Shown here piece after piece: positions 1-8,933 of a stretch of 23,600 nucleotides of DNA (positions are counted from its first letter, which is position 1; the number at the start of each line of letters is the position of its first letter). The notes beneath the pieces were generated by a model. That model saw only the letters and a program-made list of their open reading frames with translations, was not told where the DNA came from and did no database searches. Both the position numbers and the translations under genes were made by a program. This DNA comes from an uncultured Victivallales bacterium (GTDB taxonomy: Bacteria > Verrucomicrobiota > Lentisphaeria > Victivallales > GWF2-45-14): positions 1 through 23,600 of the forward strand of contig CAZYVR010000044.1 of NCBI GenBank assembly GCA_964651145.1, written 5' to 3'.

Positions 1-103
1 GATGGCGTCCGGACAAAGTCCGGTTTTTATTCCGACTCCGTCGGTTTTTTTATTTTTCAGTACTTTTGACAGTTCCGTCGATTTGGACTGTCCGTACAAA
101 GAG
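1..103. repeat. Copy A of an intergenic terminator-like repeat family (truncated by the window edge)
   Basis: Bases 1-70 are ~85% identical to 10636-10705 (gatggcgtccg..aagtccgg..ttttattccg..cgttttttt.tttt.ag.acttttg). Weaker similarity continues to ~103 (..actgtccgtacaaagag vs ..acagtcacgctaaaagtagag). It contains hairpins CCGGAC-aaa-GTCCGG and CCGAC-tc-CGTCGG, each followed by a T-run. It lies downstream of the 3' end of the minus-strand HAD gene. Confidence 0.6.
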
Positions 104-138
104 CCTCCTTATTCATTTTTTGTCCATAGCAAAAATCA

Positions 139-1047
139 TCAGTCAATTTTCCATTGGCTGCCAGCCTCTTTGCCTTTGAATTTTGCTTCAAGCTCAGATG
201 AAATATTAAAAGCCGCGTCTGGGTTTCCAGATACAGCTTCTTTTATGATGCTATTGCCTTTTTCAAAGCATGATTCTTCATCGCCGGGAATTATTGGCAC
301 AAAAATAAGATTCACGTTTTCAGGCGTTTGTTTTTGGGCCAGCTTGGAGGCGCGGCTGTCTTCCACGCTGTCGCCAAACATGAAAACATTCTTGTAGCCT
401 GAATTAGCCAATGCGGAAAGAGCTTCGGTTTTTGTCGCTGTTTCCTGTCCGAAATAACGCTTTATGAAGAATATATCCTCCTGTTCCATTGACGGTCTAA
501 TTGAACTTTCAGTGGCGGTTGACACTAAATAAAAATCCGCTTTGTCTTTGAATGAGTCAAGGATATATTCTTTTATTCCCGGCGTAAGACCAATGCCTGT
601 AAGCTGGGCAACTTTCTTGTCTACTTCTTCGCTCCATCTCAACATCCTTTTAATATCGTTGTCGTCTTTAAACGGCTCAAGGTTTGTTGCGTTTATCTTT
701 AGACCGTCGGAAGTTAGTTTTTTTAGCGCCGCATCAAGTCCAGGGAGTTTGCAGGGATATCCCTTTTCACTCGCTAAATAATTAGCTAAAGCATTGACGC
801 AAAGGAACCGCGCTTTGCCTGCATAGCCTTCTGAGAAGAAATTAATGTATCCATAGGCTTTTTTATATTCTTCAAGTGGAACCTTCTGAAAATCAGAAAC
901 ATGCAAAAAAAGCAAAGTGGACATTATTTGATGTTTGTGCTCAGTGAATAGTTTGCATACTCCGTCAAAATCCAACGCGATGGCAAAGTCATGCACAGGA
1001 ATAACCTGAGCAATTATAGCCTTTATTTGGTCGCTTAATTCTGTCAT
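139..1047 (-). CDS. HAD-superfamily hydrolase (phosphatase-like)
   Basis: 302-aa ORF. HAD motif I DxDGV (IALDFDGV) sits near the N-terminus and motif IV GDSxxD (FGDSVEDS) near the C-terminus. Its ATG overlaps the stop of the upstream GH3 gene (TAATG), indicating translational coupling. Confidence 0.7.
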   Translation of the reverse strand: MTELSDQIKAIIAQVIPVHDFAIALDFDGVCKLFTEHKHQIMSTLLFLHVSDFQKVPLEEYKKAYGYINFFSEGYAGKARFLCVNALANYLASEKGYPCKLPGLDAALKKLTSDGLKINATNLEPFKDDNDIKRMLRWSEEVDKKVAQLTGIGLTPGIKEYILDSFKDKADFYLVSTATESSIRPSMEQEDIFFIKRYFGQETATKTEALSALANSGYKNVFMFGDSVEDSRASKLAQKQTPENVNLIFVPIIPGDEESCFEKGNSIIKEAVSGNPDAAFNISSELEAKFKGKEAGSQWKID

Positions 1048-2750
1048 TATTTCACTCCTTTAAATAGCAATTTGCTGACTGCTTCGAAATTTTCGCGCAT
1101 TAGTCCATAGGACACAATAACTGACCCGATGTCCTCTGGAATTAACAGCTCTTCGTATGGATTGCTTGAAATCATGATAACAGGCTTTCCAAGTCTTTTC
1201 AGTTCACTAATAAACTTTTTGTCGGCATGGTCATGGTCATTTCTGTCAAAGTGCGCCGTAACAACAATACAATCGATTTGATCAATGATTTCGGCTGCGG
1301 CCGCCTTTGCCTTTTCGCGGCTCTTGGGCTGATAGTCTATATATGAAACATTGGGAGAATATTGCATCATAAATTCCCAGAACATAGCCGGATGATTCCA
1401 GGAGTCGTTGCGGCTTAGTTGAGAGAAAATAACCCGATCTATAAGCAAAATATTTTTGTTAGGATCGAGCGGCAAAAGTTTATCGTTGTCGCGTTTTACT
1501 TTTATAACTTTTGCAGCGGCTTCCCTGCCAATTGCCCTGAATTCCTCCTTTTGAATTATTGCCTCAGTTTGGGTTGTGTCCACAATTCCGCCGTTTTCAA
1601 AAAGACCGTAATCCCATTTCAAAGACCACACCCTGCGCAATGATTGATTAATCCTGTCTTCTGAAATGCGTCCGCTTTTTACTGCTCCCGCAAGCGAATC
1701 CAAAAGTTCATAGCGAAGGACATTTTCATCCTTGAGAAGCAGCAAGTCAACTCCTGCTTCGATTGCTTTTATGCACGCCTCTCCAACGCTGTATTTAGCC
1801 ATCAAGCCGCCCATTGTCATTGAATCAGTGGTAATGACTCCGTTATATCCAAGCTCCTCCCGAAGTATGCCGCTGATTATCTTCGGAGACACTGTCGCAA
1901 TCTCCCGACTCTCATCAAGCCCAGGGTAGACACAGTGCGCTGGCATGACGGATGGAATAAGCCCCTCTTGGGCTAGAGCAGCGTAAGGCTTAAGGTGAAT
2001 TTTCATCATCTCTTCTTTGCTGAGATCGATAGAGGACATTCCAAAATGAGCGTCTTCAGCGGTGTCTCCCCTGCCCGGAAAATGTTTCAAGCAGCCTATA
2101 ACATTTGCGCTTTTCAATCCCTCTATAGTGGCCTTGGCGCAATCAATCACCATGTCAACGTCTTCGCTGTATGATCTGGTATAAATTTCCGGGTTTCGTG
2201 GATTCACATTCACATCCACAACCGGAGAGTGAATCCAGTCAATGCCGATTGCCTTGATCTGTTGCCCAAGCGCTGCAAAAGCTCTTTTTACCAAATCAAT
2301 ATCACCGAGATGTCCAAACCCCATGGGGGCTGGAGTCGAAATCAATCCATTCGGCGTAAAGTCACCGCCTCCGTGTTCAAAGTCAGCCACCATATGCATC
2401 GGCAGGCCGCGCTCCCTGTCAAACGCTTTTTTGCGAAGCCCATTCAAAATTTCCGCATATTCTTTCGCGCTCACATGCATCGGCGGAATATCATTGTCAA
2501 ATATCTTTTCTCGCAGCGAAGGTTTGCGCTTTACGTTTTCAACTCCGGGAGACCCTTCCGGCAGATAACGCACAAATTTCCTCGCAAGATGAGGCGAAAG
2601 CCTAAGCCCTCCAAGCCCATATTTTTCGATAAATCCTACAAGTTCCGGTTCAATAAAAGTTCCGGTCAAGCCCAGCACCATCAGCTGCGCCACTTTTTCC
2701 TCAATGCTCAACTTTCCGAGAAGCTGATCTATAGTCTGCTCTTTATTCAT
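1047..2750 (-). CDS. Glycoside hydrolase family 3 (beta-N-acetylhexosaminidase/beta-glucosidase-like, NagZ-type N-terminal domain with a C-terminal extension)
   Basis: 567-aa ORF. GH3 signature KHFPGRGDTAEDAH matches KHFPGHGD. A nucleophile-region motif GYNGVITTDSMTMGG matches GFxGxxxSDxxxM. It is the first gene of a two-gene minus-strand operon with the HAD hydrolase. Confidence 0.8.
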   Translation of the reverse strand: MNKEQTIDQLLGKLSIEEKVAQLMVLGLTGTFIEPELVGFIEKYGLGGLRLSPHLARKFVRYLPEGSPGVENVKRKPSLREKIFDNDIPPMHVSAKEYAEILNGLRKKAFDRERGLPMHMVADFEHGGGDFTPNGLISTPAPMGFGHLGDIDLVKRAFAALGQQIKAIGIDWIHSPVVDVNVNPRNPEIYTRSYSEDVDMVIDCAKATIEGLKSANVIGCLKHFPGRGDTAEDAHFGMSSIDLSKEEMMKIHLKPYAALAQEGLIPSVMPAHCVYPGLDESREIATVSPKIISGILREELGYNGVITTDSMTMGGLMAKYSVGEACIKAIEAGVDLLLLKDENVLRYELLDSLAGAVKSGRISEDRINQSLRRVWSLKWDYGLFENGGIVDTTQTEAIIQKEEFRAIGREAAAKVIKVKRDNDKLLPLDPNKNILLIDRVIFSQLSRNDSWNHPAMFWEFMMQYSPNVSYIDYQPKSREKAKAAAAEIIDQIDCIVVTAHFDRNDHDHADKKFISELKRLGKPVIMISSNPYEELLIPEDIGSVIVSYGLMRENFEAVSKLLFKGVK

Positions 2751-3187
2751 TTCAATTTCCTTAAGGTAAGTTGTAATAATTAATTTCTTTTAATTGAATC
2801 AACATCGATATAGACTCCGCCGAACTAGCGCTCAAGGGATTCGTCTATAATATTATTTATTGCATTATTCCATTTTTTTATAGAAACTGCCTTTCATTTT
2901 ATTTTTCCCCATCAACCCTGTAGAAAAGCCAAAATTTTGCCAGACTGGAGTTAAATCCTTGCATTACATTTCCAGGAACATTTTCCGATAAAATAATGGG
3001 ATTTCTAGAATGCCTTTTTGAAATGCCTTGAGTTTTCATAAACCCTGCCTTGACTTGTGTAACATTTTCATTAATCATGAAGATTTAACATGTTTCTATA
3101 TAATAAAGTGCCTTTCAATTAATGTCAAGAAGGCTTTATGGTCTTATGTGCAAATTTCAAAAAAGCTCTTTTTGTGTACATATATTC

Positions 3188-3216
3188 ATTGACAAATGAG
3201 TTGTTTACATGTATTC
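3188..3216 (+). promoter_or_regulatory. Candidate sigma70-like promoter for the LacI-family regulator gene (TTGACA-17 bp-TATTCT)
   Basis: TTGACA at 3188-3193 and TATTCT at 3211-3216 with 17-bp spacing, ~45 bp upstream of the ATG at 3262. This is a pattern match only. Confidence 0.3.
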
Positions 3217-3232
3217 TCCTATATAATGTAAA
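3202..3232. promoter_or_regulatory. Perfect 8-bp inverted repeat GTTTACAT-N15-ATGTAAAC overlapping the putative -10/TSS; candidate operator
   Basis: GTTTACAT (3202-3209) and ATGTAAAC (3225-3232) are exact reverse complements. The core TACATGTAT...TATAATGTA is shared with the tandem motif upstream of the GntR-type regulator (15148-15188). Confidence 0.45.
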
Positions 3233-3261
3233 CTTTTCACACATCGGAGTATTCATTTAAA

Positions 3262-4251
3262 ATGGTCAAAAGAAAATGCGCAAAAAGCACAATAACGGAA
3301 ATAGCCAAAAGGGCTAAGGTTTCAGTCGCGACAGTATCCCGCGCATTCAGTGGGCACCCTTACGTAAAAGATGAATTGCGCGGGAAAATTTTCAAGTTGG
3401 CAAGAGAGCTAGATTACACACCTAAGGCAAGCGGAAGCAGGGAGCAAAGCACGATAGGAGTCATTATAAACGCATCTAAACGCAAAAAGCTTTCCATGGG
3501 GATTTTTGAATCAACCATGCTTAAAGAGCTCATAAATGAAATTTATTACCGCAACCTGAATCTCGAAATTATAACAGAAGTAAATCATTGTGATCTTGAA
3601 AAAAAATTCATAAAGGCGGCAATAATCCTTGGAGAGCACAAAGAAGAAGCGGGGAGTTTTTGCTCAAAGTGGCCAGGGACATCATTTATAACAGTCAATA
3701 ATTATATAGAAGGCTGCTATTTGGTTGCCTCGGACCACAAAGACAGCGCAAGGCAGGCGATAGAATATCTTATATCAAAAGGCCATAAAAAAATAGGCTT
3801 TCTTGGCTCGCTCCTTGAATCCTGGGGCGTAAAACAGCGATTTGAGGGATATAAAGAAGCCCTCGCTGAAAATTCTATAAAATCATCCCGCGATTATGTA
3901 AAATTCACAAATGGTTCAGAAGCGGTTGAATCCATTCTCAAAATAGCAAGATTTTCCCCGTCTGCTATTTTAGTCTGCGGTGAAAATATGTCAGCGCGAG
4001 CTAACTATGCCTTGTATCTTGCGGGGAATAAAGTTCCTGATGATATATCAATAATCACATATGAAGATTCTAATGTTTCAAAATATATATTCCCGCCAAA
4101 CACAACAATGTGCCAGGATTTTGCTCATCTGGCCAGCCTTGCCGTTGACAGAGCCGTTGAAATCATAAATGGCAATCCTAGTGATGATAAGAATATTTTC
4201 ATAAAAGATCAATTAATAGAAAGGGAATCTGTAAAAGATTTGACTTTCTGA
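3262..4251 (+). CDS. LacI-family transcriptional regulator
   Basis: 329-aa ORF. The N-terminal HTH TITEIAKRAKVSVATVSRAFSG is the LacI-type signature. The rest resembles a periplasmic-binding-protein-like sugar-binding domain. GGAG lies 11 nt upstream of the ATG. Confidence 0.85.
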   Translation: MVKRKCAKSTITEIAKRAKVSVATVSRAFSGHPYVKDELRGKIFKLARELDYTPKASGSREQSTIGVIINASKRKKLSMGIFESTMLKELINEIYYRNLNLEIITEVNHCDLEKKFIKAAIILGEHKEEAGSFCSKWPGTSFITVNNYIEGCYLVASDHKDSARQAIEYLISKGHKKIGFLGSLLESWGVKQRFEGYKEALAENSIKSSRDYVKFTNGSEAVESILKIARFSPSAILVCGENMSARANYALYLAGNKVPDDISIITYEDSNVSKYIFPPNTTMCQDFAHLASLAVDRAVEIINGNPSDDKNIFIKDQLIERESVKDLTF

Positions 4252-4412
4252 CAATAACTTAGAAAAAAGGATTTTGCTCACCTGGCCAGCCTTGCCGTTG
4301 AAATCATAAATGGCAATCCTAGTGATGATAAGAATATTTTCATAAAAGATCAATTAATAGAAAGGGAATCTGTAAAAGATTTGACTTTCTGGCAATAACT
4401 TAGAAAAAAAGG
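4117..4412. repeat. Tandem direct duplication (~153 bp + ~141 bp) of the LacI-gene 3' end plus downstream intergenic sequence
   Basis: 4117-4270 (last ~45 codons of the regulator, the stop and 'caataacttagaaaaaagg') is repeated at 4270-4412. The second copy has a 12-bp deletion between two GCCGTTGA micro-repeats. It also carries two substitutions: catctg->cacctg, and TGA->TGG at the former stop. Confidence 0.9.
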
Positions 4413-4420
4413 AGACACCT

Positions 4421-5641
4421 GTGAATAAGTCATCAAAATCATGGAATAAATACAGGCATAGTATTAAATTTCTTGCTCAAGGGAGCTCAACTTTATCAAA
4501 AGCTCCTCAATTTGAAAATATTGAACCAGCTCAAATTGCTTATGGCAAAGGATGCCGTGTATGGGATTTGGATGGCAATGAATATATAGACTATCGCAAT
4601 GGACTTGGTCCCGTCACGTTGGGGTATTGTGTCCCGGAAATAAACGATGCTATTATTGAGCAATTGAATAAAGGGATTGTTTTCGGGCATCCTCATTCAA
4701 TAGAAGGGGAAGCCGCTGAAATGTTGACAGAAGTAATCCCATGCGCAGAGCGGGTGTGCTTTCTGAAAACTGGCGGAGAAGCGATAGCCGCATGCATCAA
4801 GATAGCTAGAGCTGCAACCGGCAGAAGCAAAATAGTCCAGTGCGGATATAATGGATGGTTAAACAACTTAAGCGCCCCAAAGGGCAATATCCCAGCAGGA
4901 ATAGCGAACAGCCAACCTAATAAAGGAGTTCCATCTCAGATAAGCAGCTTACATCGCTCTCTCAGATGGGCAGACTATGAAGAATGGGATGAAGTATTTT
5001 CGCAAGATGGCGAGAACATCGCCGCGGTTGTTATATCTAGCAATTATCTCGAAATGGAAAAAGGGAAAGAATTTTTCCATTTTATCAGGCATTTGACTGA
5101 GAAATACGGGACGCTGATGATAATAGATGAAATCGTGACCGGATTCAGGCTTGCGCTAGGAGGCGCGCATGAATATTTCGATTTTATGCCAGATATGGCT
5201 GTCTTTGCGAAAGGCTTCGCAAATGGGATGCCCGTTTCCGCCTATCTTGGGAAAGGAAATCTTATTGATTTAACTAAGAAGCTTGGAATATCATCCACGT
5301 TTGCGGGCGAAACTTTGTCGCTGGCGGCAATTAAAGCAGTTATTTCATTCTATAAGAAAAATAATGTTATTGAACACCTATGGAAACATGGGGACATGTT
5401 ATGGACTCAGGTCAACAAGATTTTCGAGAAATATAAAATATCCGCTAGCGCAAAAGGCTATAATGTTTGTCCGCAAATGGCATTCGACAATATTTGTAAA
5501 AAAAATGAATTCTTCAAGAATTGCTACCTTAATGGAGTGTCCTTATATGATGTGTCATATGTTAATTTTTCGCACAAAGATAAAGATATAAATGAAACAT
5601 TGCAAAAAATAGAAAAGGCTGCAGAAATAATTAGCGGCTAA
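4421..5641 (+). CDS. Class-III (GSA-aminomutase-like) PLP-dependent aminotransferase
   Basis: 406-aa ORF with a GTG start preceded by AAAGGAG. The N-terminal pattern (AQGSSTLSK...YGKGCRVWDLDGNEYIDY...LGPVTLGY) is typical of HemL-like class-III enzymes. The PLP-lysine region is DMAVFAKGFANGMP. Specificity is unknown. Confidence 0.75.
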   Translation: MNKSSKSWNKYRHSIKFLAQGSSTLSKAPQFENIEPAQIAYGKGCRVWDLDGNEYIDYRNGLGPVTLGYCVPEINDAIIEQLNKGIVFGHPHSIEGEAAEMLTEVIPCAERVCFLKTGGEAIAACIKIARAATGRSKIVQCGYNGWLNNLSAPKGNIPAGIANSQPNKGVPSQISSLHRSLRWADYEEWDEVFSQDGENIAAVVISSNYLEMEKGKEFFHFIRHLTEKYGTLMIIDEIVTGFRLALGGAHEYFDFMPDMAVFAKGFANGMPVSAYLGKGNLIDLTKKLGISSTFAGETLSLAAIKAVISFYKKNNVIEHLWKHGDMLWTQVNKIFEKYKISASAKGYNVCPQMAFDNICKKNEFFKNCYLNGVSLYDVSYVNFSHKDKDINETLQKIEKAAEIISG

Positions 5642-5671
5642 TTTAATAAAATATAAATATAGAGGATGATT

Positions 5672-7963
5672 ATGAAAATGATAAAGCTGTATTTCTTTTG
5701 CTTTGTTTTGTGTTCTGTTTTATTTACAGGATGCTACTCTGAAAAAAGATATAATCACATCAAAGAAAAAGAATATCCAATAATTCAATTTGGCGCTGAC
5801 GGATCGGACGACAAGGATGATACGGAGGCATTCATAAAATTCCTCAAATCGACAGAAGAGCCTTGTGATTTATTCATACCTCCCGGAATTTATAAAATCA
5901 AAAAATTGATCATACCTGAAAAAATACGTCTTAATTTTGCAAATGGAGCTGTTTTTGATGTAGAACAATCCCTTAAAATAAATGGTCCTATTCAAGCGGG
6001 GATACAACAAATTTTTTCAGGCAATGGAAAAATAAATGGAAATATAAAAACAAACAGAGTTTTCCCACAGTGGTTTGGCGCCGCAGGAGACGGGATACAG
6101 GATGACTCTACTGCATTGCAGAACGCGGCGGATCTGGCCTGGAAGTCATCAGGCAAACTTCTGTTTATACCAGAAGGGAAATATCTTTTTGAGAAGGATA
6201 TTATTTTTCGCTGTAATATTGATTCTAACGGAATATTTTTAAAGAAAATTGAAATAGATGATTCAAAAACCGTTTTTTCTTATGCATCATTCTGTCACAG
6301 GCATTATGCTAAACGTTCTAAAATGTTGATTTTTAAAACTGATACCAAAGCTGTCAATTTGTCCCCCAAAGCTTTTTGGGGAATAAAGGAAAATGATTTT
6401 AAAATCCCCAAATTCAAGGGAATAAGCACCGTTGACGGAAAATCAAAAATAAACCTTGAGGAAGGAGCTACAATTAATTTTTTCAGCTCTGATTTTTTCA
6501 CTGCAAGGCAGCATAAACATGGTGATCAAGTTTATTATAAACGTGATATCTGCCAACTGGTCTCTCCGCGTGGAGATGTGTTTCCTGAATTCATGTTTTC
6601 ATTCTTGGCTCCGCCAAAGGCGGAAAAATGGAGCAAATATAAGAAATATAAAAAAGGCAAGTATTGTTCCTGGCAAGGAAATATTTATAAAGCTGTATTG
6701 CCTTCCGGGCCTGCGTCTGTATATAAGAATAAAAATAGATATAAAGGCACTGTGGAGATAGGACCTGTCTGCCCAAGAAAAAGTATGGAAACTTTTTTTA
6801 AGTTTAAATACCCGAATGGGGGGAATGACAAGATTCGTATCTGGAACAAACTTAAAACAATCGTGTCCTATACCCCTCCTCAAAAACCGTTGACTGTCAA
6901 CGGCCTCATTGTTGAAATATATCTTAAGAATTCCGATGGCAAAAGCAAGCGGATATTTGGTTCGGAAACCGTAAAGGTGGAGCGTAGCAACATGATTTTC
7001 AACAACCTTAGAATTTCATGCAAAAGCCGGGAAGCAACCCTGCCTGTTCTCCTGCGCACACTCGAGTGCTTAAACGTCACCTACAATAACTGTTATTTTT
7101 CAGGAGCATCCAATCATGGCTTAGGGTACAATATCGCTAATGCAAGATGTGCTGCAGTAACATATAATAATTGTATATCTGCTAATTGTCGTGATGGGAT
7201 GGGCGGGAAATTTGGAAAAAACATTACGGTAAAAGGAGGTTTTTATAACAGAATAGACGATCATTACGGGAAAAACTATCTTATTAAAGATGTTGTTATT
7301 AATGCGGTTTCAACTTTTATTCCTGGCTACGGAACACCACAGGCAAATCAGGATAAATGGGGATTTAAACCTCATTATGCCTTTGCCTTCAGCGGAGGAA
7401 ACATTAGAATAGAAAATTGCAGGATATATAATTGCGAAGGTGTTTTCTCCGTCAGAACAGATACTGCGGACATGTTTGGCTCTGTAATATTGAAAGATAT
7501 CGATATAATTTCAGACAGGCCTGTCACGCTGTTTTTACATTCAATATCTAAAGATTATTTTGACTATACAGGAAAATTAAGAGTTCCTTCCCAATTACTT
7601 ATAGAAAACATACACATGGAAAAAGATTTTCCATTAAGGATTATGATCAGGAATTTAGAAGCTTATCCATATGGTCGGATTAGTGTGAGAAACTGTCAAT
7701 ATCTTCAGAAGGTCATGCTTATGAATTCCGGGCAGGCTAATTTTACAGAATGTTCATTCAAAAATACAGTTTTTACATGTTCCCCGAAAGAGTTGCTGTT
7801 TTTCAGAAATTGTATTTTTTCAGGAACAACAAAAGGCCTTGAAAAAAAGAATATTGGCATTTCAACCGGCAATATAGATAAAAATGGAACATTGAAATGT
7901 ATTTTAACAGAACAGACGAATGCTCAAAACTCAGAAACAAATCAATCCTCAAAAAAGGAATGA
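5672..7963 (+). CDS. Lipoprotein with right-handed beta-helix / pectate-lyase-superfamily (PF12708-like) domains; putative polysaccharide hydrolase or lyase
   Basis: Signal peptide plus lipobox LFTGC. There are two copies of the pectate-lyase-3/GH55-type N-terminal motif (FGADGSDDKDDTEAF and WFGAAGDGIQDDSTALQNA). Asn/Gly-rich periodic repeats suggest beta-helix coils. The start is ambiguous (ATGs at 5666, 5672 or 5678); I chose 5672 for RBS spacing after AGAGG. Confidence 0.65.
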   Translation: MKMIKLYFFCFVLCSVLFTGCYSEKRYNHIKEKEYPIIQFGADGSDDKDDTEAFIKFLKSTEEPCDLFIPPGIYKIKKLIIPEKIRLNFANGAVFDVEQSLKINGPIQAGIQQIFSGNGKINGNIKTNRVFPQWFGAAGDGIQDDSTALQNAADLAWKSSGKLLFIPEGKYLFEKDIIFRCNIDSNGIFLKKIEIDDSKTVFSYASFCHRHYAKRSKMLIFKTDTKAVNLSPKAFWGIKENDFKIPKFKGISTVDGKSKINLEEGATINFFSSDFFTARQHKHGDQVYYKRDICQLVSPRGDVFPEFMFSFLAPPKAEKWSKYKKYKKGKYCSWQGNIYKAVLPSGPASVYKNKNRYKGTVEIGPVCPRKSMETFFKFKYPNGGNDKIRIWNKLKTIVSYTPPQKPLTVNGLIVEIYLKNSDGKSKRIFGSETVKVERSNMIFNNLRISCKSREATLPVLLRTLECLNVTYNNCYFSGASNHGLGYNIANARCAAVTYNNCISANCRDGMGGKFGKNITVKGGFYNRIDDHYGKNYLIKDVVINAVSTFIPGYGTPQANQDKWGFKPHYAFAFSGGNIRIENCRIYNCEGVFSVRTDTADMFGSVILKDIDIISDRPVTLFLHSISKDYFDYTGKLRVPSQLLIENIHMEKDFPLRIMIRNLEAYPYGRISVRNCQYLQKVMLMNSGQANFTECSFKNTVFTCSPKELLFFRNCIFSGTTKGLEKKNIGISTGNIDKNGTLKCILTEQTNAQNSETNQSSKKE

Positions 7964-8192
7964 TTCCTAAACTTTTCTATTTTTAAAAAAACATTGAAAA
8001 TATCCCTGAAAGGATCTGGAAATTAAAATGGGGTTATTCGGAACTTGCTGGGAATCTAAAATTTTCAGAAAAAAATATTGAAGGTGAATAATAAAAAAAG
8101 CAATCTCTTTGCATTGCTACATTAAATATATTTATATAGGCTTTCAAACCTATTATAATCACTATTTTTCAAAGAAATTGAAAAGGTTTCAT

Positions 8193-8933
8193 ATGATAAT
8201 TGATATTCATACACATAATATATCGAAAAGTTTAGATTCTCTTTTGGAGGCGGCAGAACGCAATGGAATAAGTAAAATAGTTTTACTTGGAGCTGTTCTA
8301 AAGTATGGCTCTTATCCAAATGAAACGCAGATTAGAGAAATAAACAACCTTACAGGAGAGAATGTCAAAAAATACCCAAAAAAATGCGTAGGTTTCTGTT
8401 TTCTTAATCCCGCACACAATTCTGAATTCATCATCAGTGAAATAGACCATTGCATACAGGATTTCGGTTTTAAGGGAGTAAAGCTTGAAGTTTCTGTAAA
8501 CTGCCGCGACGAAAGGCTTTATCCCATCATGGGGAAACTGGAAGAATATGATGTTCCGTTGCTTCATCATTCATGGTACAAAGCTGGCGGTAACCTTGCG
8601 GATGAATCGAATCCGGCAGACATAGCCTTTTTGGGTGCGAAGTTTCCAAATGTGAAAATAATAATGGCACATCTGGCAGGATGCGGTGTAAGGGGAATAC
8701 TTGACATCGCTCCCTTTGAAAATATTTACATCGACACTTCAGGCGGGCAGCCACATTCCGGTCTTGTGGAATTCGCATTGGAAAAGCTTGGGGCTGAGAG
8801 AATTATTTACGGATCAGATGCCCCTTACAGGGATTTCTCTGTTCAGCTAGGCAGAATAGCGGGAGCAGAAATAAGCGACGAAGCAAAAGAAATGATTTTA
8901 GGCAAGAACGCGGAAAGGCTTTTGGCAATATGA
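8193..8933 (+). CDS. Amidohydrolase-2 (PF04909-like) TIM-barrel metal-dependent hydrolase
   Basis: N-terminal MIIDIHTH (HxH metal ligands). Later His/Asp ligand candidates are LLHHSW, IMAHLAG and IIYGSDAPY. The ATG at 8193 is preceded by AAAAGG. The longer ORF from 8109 has an implausible N-terminus. Confidence 0.7.
   Translation: MIIDIHTHNISKSLDSLLEAAERNGISKIVLLGAVLKYGSYPNETQIREINNLTGENVKKYPKKCVGFCFLNPAHNSEFIISEIDHCIQDFGFKGVKLEVSVNCRDERLYPIMGKLEEYDVPLLHHSWYKAGGNLADESNPADIAFLGAKFPNVKIIMAHLAGCGVRGILDIAPFENIYIDTSGGQPHSGLVEFALEKLGAERIIYGSDAPYRDFSVQLGRIAGAEISDEAKEMILGKNAERLLAI

Noticed and set aside
2-397. Plus-strand 131-aa ORF, and other plus-strand ORFs at 542-781, 1419-1929 and 2229-2783
   Set aside because: They lie inside or antisense to the strongly supported minus-strand HAD and GH3 genes, and they have low-complexity, Ser/Phe-rich compositions. 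2-397 also overlaps repeat copy A, which contains hairpins and T-runs. I treat all of them as non-coding.
7964-8192. 17-codon mini-ORF (MGLFGTCWESKIFRKKY) and an AGCAAT/ATTGCT hairpin in the lipoprotein-amidohydrolase spacer
   Set aside because: The ORF is too short and has no RBS. The hairpin has a T-run only on the minus strand, where no gene ends. It is probably an incidental A/T-rich promoter region.
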